Assembly (NCBI GenBank): GCA_047601445.1
Contig: JASGJH010000001.1
Span: 8,928,001 to 8,992,000 of the forward strand
Length of the DNA: 64,000 bases
DNA from: Myxococcales bacterium
GTDB taxonomy: Bacteria > Myxococcota_A > Polyangia > Polyangiales > DASUME01
Direction: 5' to 3'
The translations under genes were made by a program, and so were the position numbers. The notes beneath the pieces were generated by a model. That model worked only from the letters and a program-made list of their open reading frames with translations. It ran no database searches and was not told the DNA's origin. Below are positions 1 to 9,567 of the stretch, piece by piece (position 1 is the stretch's first letter; every line of letters begins with the position of its first letter).

Positions 1-852
1 CTCGACCACGTCGAGCCCGACCAGCGAAACACCCGCTACGCCGCGCAGCAGCGACAACGCCTCGAAGCTCGTGAGTCCACCGGGCACGGGCGTTCCCGTA
101 CCCGGTGCGTAGGCCGGATCGATCGCGTCCATGTCGAACGAGAGATACGTGGGGGCGCCGTTGTGAAAGCGTGCGAGTCGCGCTTTTACGCGTTCGAGAT
201 CGCGCTTCACCTCGTCGATCATCACGATCTCGAAGCCCGCCTTCTCGGCGAAGGCCAGGTCGTGCGCCTCCGTGAATGGACCCCGAATTCCGATCTGCAC
301 GACGTCGTGGGTGCGCAGCAGCCCTTCTTCGACGGCGTTTCGGAAGATGGTGCCATGGTGAACGTTGAAGCCCCAGGCTGGACCGTACGTGTCGCTGTGC
401 GCGTCGAAGTGGATCAAGCCCAGCGGTCCGTGAATCTTGGCCAGGGCGCGCAGCCCCGCGAGCGAGACCGTGTGATCGCCACCGACCATGGCCGGGATGG
501 CACCTGCCTGCGCGATCTCCGACAGCCGCTCCTCGATGCGTCGCAGCGTCTCGTCCACCGAGAGCGGGACAGCCGCTACATCACCACCGTCGCAACACTT
601 GAGGTGATCGAACAGATCGAGCCCGGGGTCCGGATGGAAGCCACGCGTGAGCGCGCTGGCGGCCCGCACGCCTCGTGGGCCGAAGCGAGCACCGGGGCGA
701 TAGCTCGTGCCACCGTCGAAAGGCGCGCCCACGATCATCACGTCGACGTCGCGCGGATCATCGTGCACAGGCAGTCGGAGGAAGCTCGGCACGCCCGCGA
801 AGCGCGGCACCTTGCGCGTAGGGACGGGCCGAAAATCCTCGGGCTTGCTCAC
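1..852 (-). CDS. speB: Agmatinase-family ureohydrolase (3' end runs off the window)
   Basis: Not in the ORF track; translated by hand from GTG at 852. Reads PRFAGVPSFLRLP, GAPFDGGTSYRPGARFGP, GGDH, IHFDAHSDT and YLSFDMDAIDPAYAPGTGTPVPGGL, which are the ureohydrolase metal motifs. GTGA overlap with the upstream GDH stop. Exact substrate is uncertain. Confidence 0.88.
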   Translation of the reverse strand, partial: MSKPEDFRPVPTRKVPRFAGVPSFLRLPVHDDPRDVDVMIVGAPFDGGTSYRPGARFGPRGVRAASALTRGFHPDPGLDLFDHLKCCDGGDVAAVPLSVDETLRRIEERLSEIAQAGAIPAMVGGDHTVSLAGLRALAKIHGPLGLIHFDAHSDTYGPAWGFNVHHGTIFRNAVEEGLLRTHDVVQIGIRGPFTEAHDLAFAEKAGFEIVMIDEVKRDLERVKARLARFHNGAPTYLSFDMDAIDPAYAPGTGTPVPGGLTSFEALSLLRGVAGVSLVGLDVVE

Positions 853-2114
853 GGGAACACCCCTCGCAGGGCATAACAATCCGCGAGGCTCTTCAGGGCC
901 AGACCATAAGCCGCGATGCGCATCGAGATACGACGTTCTCGCGCCATGTCCCGCACCGCACGGTAGCTGCGGATCATCGCCGTCTCCAACTTGAGGTCGA
1001 CCTCCTGCAGGTTCCAGCGCTCGTTGCGTTTGTTTTGCAGCCACTCGTAGTAGCTCACCGTGACACCACCCGCGTTCGCGAGCACGTCGGGGATCACGTC
1101 GATGCCGCGCGCCTCGAGACCGGCTTCACCCTCGGGGTTCACCGGGCCGTTGGCACCTTCCGCTACCACCTTCACCTGGAGCAGCTTGGCCTCTTCGGGG
1201 CCCACCTGATTCTCGAGCGCACCGGGCACGAAGAAGTCCGCCGGCGTACTGAAGAAGTCCTCGCGAGACACCGCTTCGGCCGGTCCGAAGCCCGCCACCG
1301 AACCCGCGCGCTTCACGTGGTTGGCCAGCTCGTACACGTCGAGCCCGCGGTCGTTGCGCAAGCTCGCGGCGTGGTCGCTCACCGCCACGACCTTCACACC
1401 CATGGCGTCCAAAATTAGGCCCGCATGGGAGCCCACGTTGCCGAAGCCCTGGATGATCACGCGGGCACCGTCGAGCTTCACGTCGTGATCGCGCGCCCAC
1501 TCCACCAAACAGTGCACCACGCCTTGGCCGGTGGCCTTCACGCGCCCGACGGAACCACCACAAGCCAGGGGCTTCCCCGTGACCACGGCGCGCTGGGCGT
1601 TCTTCATGTTGCCCATCGTGCCGTTCATATAGGTGTCCATCAGCCACGCCATCTCTTGCGGACCCGTGCCCACGTCGGGCGCGGGGATGTCGTGATCCGG
1701 GCCGATGTTGCTGCCGAGCTCGTGTGTGAAGCGCCGCGTCAAGCGCATGCGCTCGCCCTCCGAGAGGTGTCGGGGATCGCACTTGACGGCGCCCTTGGCT
1801 CCCCCGAACGGGATGTCCATCAGGGCGCTCTTCCAGGTCATCATGGCGGCGAGCGCGCGCACTTCGTCCAGATTGACGTCCGGATGGTAACGAATGCCGC
1901 CCTTGTAGGGGCCGAGGATGTTGTTGTGCTGGATTCGATAGCCAGTGAACATCTGCAGCTTACCGCTGTCCATGCGCACCGGGAAATGCACGATGAGTTC
2001 CGTCTTGGGCTGCGAGAGCATGGCCGAGACGTCGCTCGGGAGCTCCACCACGTGCGCAGCGCGCTCGAGATAGCTCTGGATTACCCTGAAAAAAGCGTAG
2101 TGCGCTTGCGTCAT
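849..2114 (-). CDS. gdhA: Glu/Leu/Phe/Val dehydrogenase (glutamate dehydrogenase)
   Basis: GPYKGGIRYHP, PFGGAKG, DIPAPDVGT, VTGKP, QGFGNVG, EGANGP and NAGGVTVSYYEW motifs. ATG at 2114 chosen as start. Confidence 0.95.
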   Translation of the reverse strand: MTQAHYAFFRVIQSYLERAAHVVELPSDVSAMLSQPKTELIVHFPVRMDSGKLQMFTGYRIQHNNILGPYKGGIRYHPDVNLDEVRALAAMMTWKSALMDIPFGGAKGAVKCDPRHLSEGERMRLTRRFTHELGSNIGPDHDIPAPDVGTGPQEMAWLMDTYMNGTMGNMKNAQRAVVTGKPLACGGSVGRVKATGQGVVHCLVEWARDHDVKLDGARVIIQGFGNVGSHAGLILDAMGVKVVAVSDHAASLRNDRGLDVYELANHVKRAGSVAGFGPAEAVSREDFFSTPADFFVPGALENQVGPEEAKLLQVKVVAEGANGPVNPEGEAGLEARGIDVIPDVLANAGGVTVSYYEWLQNKRNERWNLQEVDLKLETAMIRSYRAVRDMARERRISMRIAAYGLALKSLADCYALRGVFP

Positions 2115-2338
2115 GCCAAACCACCTGCGTTCTACGGGACTCCTTAACGCTAACACGGACCCGCTAGACCCTCGCAGCAAGCTTCGGGATCCAGTGCTTC
2201 GTTCCCGTGAGCGGAGCGAACCTCCGCGGTGGGGGCCGTCATTTGTCTTGCTGCGTCGGGCGGGGGAGGGCGTGCGCTCCCCTGAACGACATGGGTGGGC
2301 GCGGGTAGGCGAGGGAGCAGCGAAAACAGGGACGGCCG

Positions 2339-3988
2339 CTAGATCACATAACGCTCGGGCACGAGCAGACCCGTTGCGAGAAGTTCGTGAAAGCCGGCGT
2401 CGTCCATGCCCAGCTGAACACGCGCCACGGTGTCGCCGCCGAGCTCGGCGAGCGCGCGGCCCACCGCGGCGGGCAATTCGAGCAAATCCACATCCTGGGC
2501 ACCGCTGCGCAGCACGCCGAGGAAGCGCGGCTCGGCGAGTCTGGGTACCCGCCTGGCTTCGGCGCCAGAGATCCCGAGCACGTCGTGGTCCATGCGCACC
2601 ACCTCGGCGCCTGCGGCGAGACGCACGTGATCCGTGACGCCTTCCTCGAACGGTAGCGTCTGGGTGATCTGGTCCCGTGGGCCCACGTGAGTGATGGCCG
2701 CTTCGATGGTGGCCAGGTCCGCGAGCGGGCCGCCGCGCGTCTTGCCGACGAAGCGCGCGAAGCGCCGTCCGATGGGAGAGCGCTCGGGTACATCCTCACG
2801 CGAGAAGGCCAGGCAGGTCGCCGCGAACTGCTTGCCGAGTGCGTCACGCGTGTTCGGGCAGGCCGACACGATGCCCTCGCCGAGTTGTTCCACGTCATGC
2901 CCGAGCTCAAGAGGCAGCTCGTAGCCCACGGCAAACAGCTCCTCCACGGGCGCAAGCCCCACCAGTTTGGGTGCGCGCCTGCCCAAACTCGCGCGCAGGG
3001 CCCGATAGCCCTGCGCCGCCTGCTCGAGTCCGGCCTCCGTGCGTCGTCGTGCGAGCGCGTCGATCACCTTGTCGAGCTCGTTGGCCAGCGCGCCTTCGAA
3101 CTGTGCGCGCACCGTTAGCAAGCGATAGCCCACGTCCTGGGCCGCATAGTCCCAGCGCGAGGAGCGCCACGGCGTCAGCTTGGTGTTCTCCGTCAACGCC
3201 GAGCACACCTCGAGCACGCGGTTCTCCAGCGCCTCCAAGCTGTCGTGATGTCCCTGATGTCGCCCGAAGAACTGGGCCACGAAGCGCTCCATTTCGGGCG
3301 CGCGCAGGCGTGCTCCGTGGGCCCGCGCGTAGGCCAGCCCATCGCTCGCCAGATCGATGGTGGCGAAGCGGGTGCCATGGGGCTGACCGCTCTTGATGGC
3401 GCGACGAATCGCACCGAGCTCTCGCTTTACGAATGCGCGTCCCTCACGCATGAAGCGCTCGGCGCTCTTCGACCAGGGGGCGGGCCCGAGCAGTGCGATC
3501 TCTTCGCAGGCCGCGCAGTGGCCCTGAAACAGCGGGCCCTGCCCGCGGTGACGCTCGCACTTCTGGAGTCCGGCTTCGTCGAAGAAGTACCAGAGCGCCA
3601 CGGGCAGAAGTTCGGCCAGCCAGGCCCCGAGCGCATGAAAGAGCATGCTCGCTTCGGGGTGATACGCGAACCCCACCAGCGCGTGGCAGAGCTCGTGAGC
3701 CGTCCACTTCGCCCGGTGGCCCGGATGAAAGCTCGCGATCAGGAGATCGTGCCTGAACGCCTGATACTTGGGCTCCGCGAGCTGCCCCCCGACCCACCCG
3801 CCGTTCTCCTCTTCGGGCAGGTCCGGGTTCGACCATTGAACAGGCTGTGGGAGTCTCCGTCGGTGTTCATAGTGCGCGAAGAAAAGACCCGATTGCGTGG
3901 CCAAGCGGGCCACCGTGTGAGCCGCTCGCGAGCGCGTGTGCTCGGGAGCCGGCGACCCTTCAACATTCACCAAAGCGGGGACTTTCAT
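2339..3988 (-). CDS. Hypothetical protein with HExxH motif, Cys/His cluster and a C-terminal DUF2063-like region
   Basis: 549 aa ORF. Contains AHELCHAL and CERH-x10-CAAC. The C-terminal segment SACPNTRDALGKQF...PERSPIGRRFARFV...PLADLATIEAA resembles DUF2063/HvfC. Confidence 0.7.
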   Translation of the reverse strand: MKVPALVNVEGSPAPEHTRSRAAHTVARLATQSGLFFAHYEHRRRLPQPVQWSNPDLPEEENGGWVGGQLAEPKYQAFRHDLLIASFHPGHRAKWTAHELCHALVGFAYHPEASMLFHALGAWLAELLPVALWYFFDEAGLQKCERHRGQGPLFQGHCAACEEIALLGPAPWSKSAERFMREGRAFVKRELGAIRRAIKSGQPHGTRFATIDLASDGLAYARAHGARLRAPEMERFVAQFFGRHQGHHDSLEALENRVLEVCSALTENTKLTPWRSSRWDYAAQDVGYRLLTVRAQFEGALANELDKVIDALARRRTEAGLEQAAQGYRALRASLGRRAPKLVGLAPVEELFAVGYELPLELGHDVEQLGEGIVSACPNTRDALGKQFAATCLAFSREDVPERSPIGRRFARFVGKTRGGPLADLATIEAAITHVGPRDQITQTLPFEEGVTDHVRLAAGAEVVRMDHDVLGISGAEARRVPRLAEPRFLGVLRSGAQDVDLLELPAAVGRALAELGGDTVARVQLGMDDAGFHELLATGLLVPERYVI

Positions 3989-4214
3989 ACACCTGCCGAT
4001 AACGTCGAGACTTTCCCTACACGAATCAGGGGTGAAGCCAACGCGGATACATGGGCAAAATTGACCGCGCGCGGACTAAATCGCCAGATCACCCATGTTG
4101 GACGGGTCGATTCGTGCTCAATAGGCGGCCTTTGTGCCCGGCCTGTGATAAATCGGCAACGCCGAACGGGGTTCGGGGCTTCCTTTAGGAAGTCGTTACA
4201 GCAGCGAGGAAATC

Positions 4215-5222
4215 TTGTCTCTTCTTGAAATCGCGCGCGATCAGGGCTTTGCGAGAGCCGAAGACACGCACGTCGGTCTGATGGACCGGGTCGCCGAGGA
4301 GGCTCGGGAGACCTTCCTTCAGCAGGCTGAAGCCATCGCTGCCATGGCCCAGCGGGTCGACCGCAGCTTTGGCCGAGCGGTCAGCCTCCTCTACGCCACC
4401 CCCGGCCACGTGATCACCATGGGCATGGGCAAGTCCGGCCACGTGGCTCGCAAGATCGCCGCCACCCTCGCTTCCACCGGCACCCCGTCCTTCTTCGTTC
4501 ACCCCGCGGAGGCCTTCCACGGCGACCTCGGCATGGTGACCGATCGTGATACGGTCCTGGTCTTCTCCTACAGCGGTGAGACCGAAGAGGTCCTGCGGCT
4601 GCTGCCGCACCTCAAGCGTGCTGGCGTGTCGGTGGTGGCCCTGGTTGGTTGCACCGAGTCCACCCTGGCGCGCGCCGCTCACGTGGCGCTCGACGTCTCG
4701 GTGGAGCGCGAGGTTTGTCCCAACAACCTGGCGCCCACGAACTCCACCCTGGCCGCGCTGGCCATGGGCGATGCCCTGTCGGTGGCCCTGATGCGCGCCA
4801 AGCAGTTCGGCGCCGAGGACTTCGCTCGTTTCCATCCCGGTGGCGCGCTCGGTAAGCGCTTGCTCACCCGGGTTTGCGACGTGATGCACCGTGGCTCGCT
4901 GCCCCTGGTGCGCCTCGACACGACCGTCCGCGAATCGCTGTTCACCATCACCCGCGGCCGTTTGGGCCTGGCTTTGGTGATCAAGGGCAAGTCCCTGCAA
5001 GGCATCGTGACCGACGGCGATCTGCGTCGCTCGATGCAGAAACACGAAGATGTGCTCGACCTGCCCGTGCAGGCCGTCATGAGCCCCAACCCGGTTTGCA
5101 TCAGCGAACACGCGCTCTTGAGCGAGGCCGAGGAGCTGATGCGCCAGCGCAAGCTCAAGGCACTGGTGGTGGTGGACGGTGCCGGTCGCCCGGTGGGAAT
5201 CGTCGAGATCTTCCAGCGCTAG
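4215..5222 (+). CDS. kpsF: Arabinose-5-phosphate isomerase, KpsF/GutQ family (SIS + CBS domains)
   Basis: GMGKSGHVARKIAATLASTGTP, HPAEAFHGDLG, NNLAPTNST, FHPGGALG and GIVTDGDLRR. TTG start preceded by GAGGA. Confidence 0.95.
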   Translation: MSLLEIARDQGFARAEDTHVGLMDRVAEEARETFLQQAEAIAAMAQRVDRSFGRAVSLLYATPGHVITMGMGKSGHVARKIAATLASTGTPSFFVHPAEAFHGDLGMVTDRDTVLVFSYSGETEEVLRLLPHLKRAGVSVVALVGCTESTLARAAHVALDVSVEREVCPNNLAPTNSTLAALAMGDALSVALMRAKQFGAEDFARFHPGGALGKRLLTRVCDVMHRGSLPLVRLDTTVRESLFTITRGRLGLALVIKGKSLQGIVTDGDLRRSMQKHEDVLDLPVQAVMSPNPVCISEHALLSEAEELMRQRKLKALVVVDGAGRPVGIVEIFQR

Positions 5223-5238
5223 GCTAAGCTGACCTGCC

Positions 5239-6021
5239 ATGAGTCTCGCGCGGGGAGCGTTCATCCAGCTCAATGTGATCCACGCGCTGGTGCTCCGAGA
5301 GACGCGCACACGTTTCGGAGAGCATCAGCTCGGATATCTGTGGGCGCTGATCGAGCCACTGCTGTGGATCGGCAGCTTTTGGGGCCTCTACACGGTGAGC
5401 AATCGCCCCGCGCCCCACAACCTCGAGGTCACGGGCTTCCTCGCGACCGGGGTGCTTACCTACGAGATTTTCGATAGCAATGTCGGGCGCATCGGCGATT
5501 CCATCAACGGCAATCGACCGCTGCTCTTCTATCCTCCGGTGCAGCCGCTCGATCTGGTGATCGCTCGGGCTTCGTTGGAGACGGCGACCCTGACCGCGGT
5601 GTTTTTCGCGGTCATGGGCGGCGAGTCGCTGCTGCGCGGCGAAATCACCCATATCGATAGCCTATTGCAGGTCTTTCTGGGCATCGCGCTGGCCGCCATG
5701 CTCGGGGCCTCGCTCGGGCTGGTGCTCTGCATGCTCGGCGTGCTGTCCAATGTGGTCGAGCGCTTGCGCGGCCCGTTGATGCGTCCCTTGTTCTGGGTTT
5801 CAGCGCTTTTCTACACCCTGGATGACGTACCCACGGACGTGCGGGAGTTGATGCTGTACAACCCGGTCGTACACGTGGTCGAGATCGTGCGAGACGGCTG
5901 GTTCCATCAGTACACGGCCAAGCACGCCGATCCGCTGTATGTTGTCTGGTTCATCCTCGGCTTTGGCTTTCTCGGGCTGTTGCTCGAGCGGGTGGTTCGC
6001 CGAAAAATCGAGCTTTCATGA
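5239..6021 (+). CDS. kpsM: Capsule ABC transporter permease
   Basis: ALVLRETRTRFG..LGYLWALIEP and YNPVVHVVEIVR; about six hydrophobic segments; directly upstream of the ATPase gene. Confidence 0.92.
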   Translation: MSLARGAFIQLNVIHALVLRETRTRFGEHQLGYLWALIEPLLWIGSFWGLYTVSNRPAPHNLEVTGFLATGVLTYEIFDSNVGRIGDSINGNRPLLFYPPVQPLDLVIARASLETATLTAVFFAVMGGESLLRGEITHIDSLLQVFLGIALAAMLGASLGLVLCMLGVLSNVVERLRGPLMRPLFWVSALFYTLDDVPTDVRELMLYNPVVHVVEIVRDGWFHQYTAKHADPLYVVWFILGFGFLGLLLERVVRRKIELS

Positions 6022-6671
6022 TCGAGCTCAAGAACGTCTACAAGACCTACCCGACGATCACCGGGCCGAACGTGGTGTTGAACAACGCCTCCATCAAGTT
6101 CGCCGATCGTCAGAGCATGGGCATCTTGGGGCGCAACGGAGCCGGCAAGTCCACCCTGTTGCGGATCGTGGCGGGCGTGGAGCAACCGGACGGTGGAGAG
6201 ATCACGCGCACGGGGCGCATCTCGTGGCCGATCGGCTTCGGGGGCGGCTTCAGTCCCTCGCTCAACGGCGAGGAGAACTGCCGTTTCGTGGCGCGCGTGT
6301 ACGGTGAGGACGTGGATCGCGTGGTGGAGGCCACCCGGGCGTTCGCCGATCTCGGGACCTATTTTTACATGCCCATCCGTACCTACTCCTCCGGCATGCG
6401 AGCGAGGTTGGCGTTCGGCTTGAGCATGGCGGTCGACTTCGACATCTACCTGGTCGACGAAGTCACCGCGGTGGGCGACGTGCACTTCCAGGAGAAGTGC
6501 CGTCGTGCGTTCGATGAGCGGCGCGAGCGATCGTCGGTGATCATCGTCTCCCACAGCCTGGAGACCATTCACAGCTACTGCACGCAGTGTGCGGTGCTCA
6601 ACGCCGGCAAGCTCCGAGTCTTCGATAGCGTCGACGAAGCGGCCAAGGTGTACCAAGAGGTTTCTGCATGA
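6018..6671 (+). CDS. kpsT: Capsule ABC transporter ATP-binding protein
   Basis: GRNGAGKST, ISWPIG, YSSGMRARLAFGLSMA and DEVTAVGD. 217 aa with no C-terminal carbohydrate-binding domain. ATGA overlap with kpsM. Confidence 0.95.
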   Translation: MIELKNVYKTYPTITGPNVVLNNASIKFADRQSMGILGRNGAGKSTLLRIVAGVEQPDGGEITRTGRISWPIGFGGGFSPSLNGEENCRFVARVYGEDVDRVVEATRAFADLGTYFYMPIRTYSSGMRARLAFGLSMAVDFDIYLVDEVTAVGDVHFQEKCRRAFDERRERSSVIIVSHSLETIHSYCTQCAVLNAGKLRVFDSVDEAAKVYQEVSA

Positions 6672-7363
6672 GTTCTGCCCCGTTGGCTCAGGTCGAATCG
6701 GCCGCTCCTGCCGCGCCCTTGAGCGCCGCCGAAGTGGCGCGCCAGATGAGGCACAAGAAGGCGCGTCGCCTGGCGCGCAACCTCGCGCTCTGGGTCGGGC
6801 TCCCCACGCTGCTTGCGATGCTCTACTTCGGAGTCGTGGCCCGCAGTCAGTACGAATCCTCGGCCACCATCGTGCTCGGTGGCGCCAACCCCATGCACCA
6901 GGCCGTCATCCTGCGCGAGTACACGCTGTCGCGCGGCATGCTGCGGAGGCTGGAGAAAGAGCAGGGGTTCTCTGACCACTTCAAAGAGAACGGAGACGTT
7001 CTTTCCCGGCTCGGCAAGCGGGCGGGCACCGAGAAGCGCTTTGCGTACTTCAAGGACCACGTACGCATCGACTACGACCAGACCTCGCAGGTCATGAACA
7101 TCAACGCGCGCGGCTTCACGCCCGAGGCGGCCAAGAAGTTCGCCAACGCCCTGCTCAGCATCTCGACCGAGTTCTTGGCCCAGAACTCACCGCCGGGGCA
7201 GAACGATCCTGGCGTCGTGATCGTGTCGCGCCCCGAGGCGCCCTCCGACTCGACCTATCCGCGGCGCATCTACGGCGTGGTGTCCACGTTCTTCGCGAGC
7301 CTGGCTCTGTTCGGCATCGGCTCGCTCTTGATCGCGTCGATCCGCGAGCACGCCCATTTCTAA
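6668..7363 (+). CDS. kpsE: Short KpsE-like polysaccharide co-polymerase / export adaptor
   Basis: N- and C-terminal TM helices, YES, ILREYTLSRGML, ARGFTPEAA and P..P..STYPRR as in KpsE/CtrB. Follows kpsT. Only 231 aa. Confidence 0.78.
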   Translation: MSSAPLAQVESAAPAAPLSAAEVARQMRHKKARRLARNLALWVGLPTLLAMLYFGVVARSQYESSATIVLGGANPMHQAVILREYTLSRGMLRRLEKEQGFSDHFKENGDVLSRLGKRAGTEKRFAYFKDHVRIDYDQTSQVMNINARGFTPEAAKKFANALLSISTEFLAQNSPPGQNDPGVVIVSRPEAPSDSTYPRRIYGVVSTFFASLALFGIGSLLIASIREHAHF

Positions 7364-7372
7364 GGAGTATTC

Positions 7373-8206
<834 letters not shown>

Positions 8207-8209
8207 GCG

Positions 8210-8761
8210 ATGATGCCCGCCGATCTGCGTGAGCGTTTGAGGGCCATCAAGCTTCTCGTGCTTGACGTAGACGGTGTGTTCACCAACGGCAGCCTGTACT
8301 ACGGGCCCAGCGGCGAGTCCCACAAGCGCTTCCACGTGCGCGACGGCTTGGGCATCCGCATCCTCCAGCACTTCGGTGTGCAGATCGCGGTGATCTCCGC
8401 GCGCAAGTCTTCACTCGTGGAACAGCGCATGCGCGATCTCAAGATCGCGCACTGGCACACGGGGAAAGAAGACAAGCTCGAGGCGCTCGCCGAAGTCCTC
8501 GCTAGCTGCGGTTTGACGCTGGAGCAGACGGCCTATCTGGGCGACGACCTGCTCGATGTGCCCGTGATGCGCAAGGTCGCCCTGGCCCTGGCCGTGGCGG
8601 ACGCCCATCCGTACACGCGGGATGCTGCGCACCACGTGACCTCGGCCCTCGGGGGCGAGGGGGCTATCCGCGAGGTGGCGGACGCTATCCTCGACGCTCA
8701 GCTCGGGCTCGCGACGGCCTATGAAAAGTTCCTGGCGGCTCTGACCAAGCCGTCCCGTTGA
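8210..8761 (+). CDS. kdsC: KDO 8-phosphate phosphatase (HAD)
   Basis: LDVDGVFT, FHVRDGLG, GDDLLD and GGEGAIRE; lies between kdsA and kdsB. Confidence 0.93.
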   Translation: MMPADLRERLRAIKLLVLDVDGVFTNGSLYYGPSGESHKRFHVRDGLGIRILQHFGVQIAVISARKSSLVEQRMRDLKIAHWHTGKEDKLEALAEVLASCGLTLEQTAYLGDDLLDVPVMRKVALALAVADAHPYTRDAAHHVTSALGGEGAIREVADAILDAQLGLATAYEKFLAALTKPSR

Positions 8762-8781
8762 TCTCCTGTCCGGGAGGAGCG

Positions 8782-9552
8782 ATGTCGATGGATTTTCGCG
8801 TGGTGATTCCAGCTCGCTTCGGCTCGTCGCGCTTGCCGGGCAAACCGTTGCTTCCGATCGCCGGCAAGCCGATGATCGAGCACGTTTGGCAGCGCGCGCA
8901 GGAGTCGGGTGCCCGTGAGATCGTGGTGGCCACCGACGACGAGCGCATTTTACGGGCCGTCGAGGCGTTTGGCGGTCGCGCCGTGATGACCCTGCCGACC
9001 CACGCTTCCGGTACTGATCGGCTGGCGGAGGTGGCGCAGACGCTCGGCTGGCCCGAGCAAACCATCGTGGTGAACCTACAGGGGGACGAGCCGTTGTTGC
9101 CGGGGCGCTGGCTCGCGCGCATCGCGAGCCTGCTCGACCGCGAGACCCGCGCCGGCATCGCGACCCTCGCCACGCCCGTGACGAACCCCGTCGACATCGG
9201 GAATCCGAACGTGGTGAAGGTGGTGCTGGATCAGGAGAGCTTTGCGCTCTACTTCAGCCGAGCGCCGATTCCCTGGGTGCGCGACAGCTACGCTGCGCCC
9301 GGTGGCTTCAGCCTTGGGCACGACGTGCCGGTGCTGCGCCACCTCGGGCTCTACGCCTACCGCGTGGGCGCCCTGACGCGTGTGGCCAGCAGTCCGCTCG
9401 CGGCGCTCGAACGGGCGGAGGCACTCGAGCAACTGCGCGCCCTCCACTTGGGCATTCGAATCTGCGTTGAGGTCACCACGGAAAGCCTGGGACACGGTGT
9501 CGATACGGCATCGGACCTGGAAGCGGTCGCGGCCATCCTGCGAGCGCGGTAG
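8782..9552 (+). CDS. kdsB: CMP-Kdo synthetase (KdsB/KpsU)
   Basis: IPARFGSSRLPGKPL, SGTDR, NLQGDEP, ALYFSRAPIP, RHLGLYAY and LEQLRAL. ATG at 8782 follows GGAGGAG. Confidence 0.95.
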   Translation: MSMDFRVVIPARFGSSRLPGKPLLPIAGKPMIEHVWQRAQESGAREIVVATDDERILRAVEAFGGRAVMTLPTHASGTDRLAEVAQTLGWPEQTIVVNLQGDEPLLPGRWLARIASLLDRETRAGIATLATPVTNPVDIGNPNVVKVVLDQESFALYFSRAPIPWVRDSYAAPGGFSLGHDVPVLRHLGLYAYRVGALTRVASSPLAALERAEALEQLRALHLGIRICVEVTTESLGHGVDTASDLEAVAAILRAR

Positions 9553-9567
9553 CCTGGCGGGCGGGCG

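Noticed and set aside
163..876. 237-aa plus-strand ORF
   Set aside because: Antisense shadow of the agmatinase-family gene; no recognisable motifs.
3989..4214. Divergent intergenic region as promoter or JUMPstart/ops element of the kps operon
   Set aside because: It probably contains promoters, but I could not identify an ops (GGCGGTAG) or a convincing sigma consensus.
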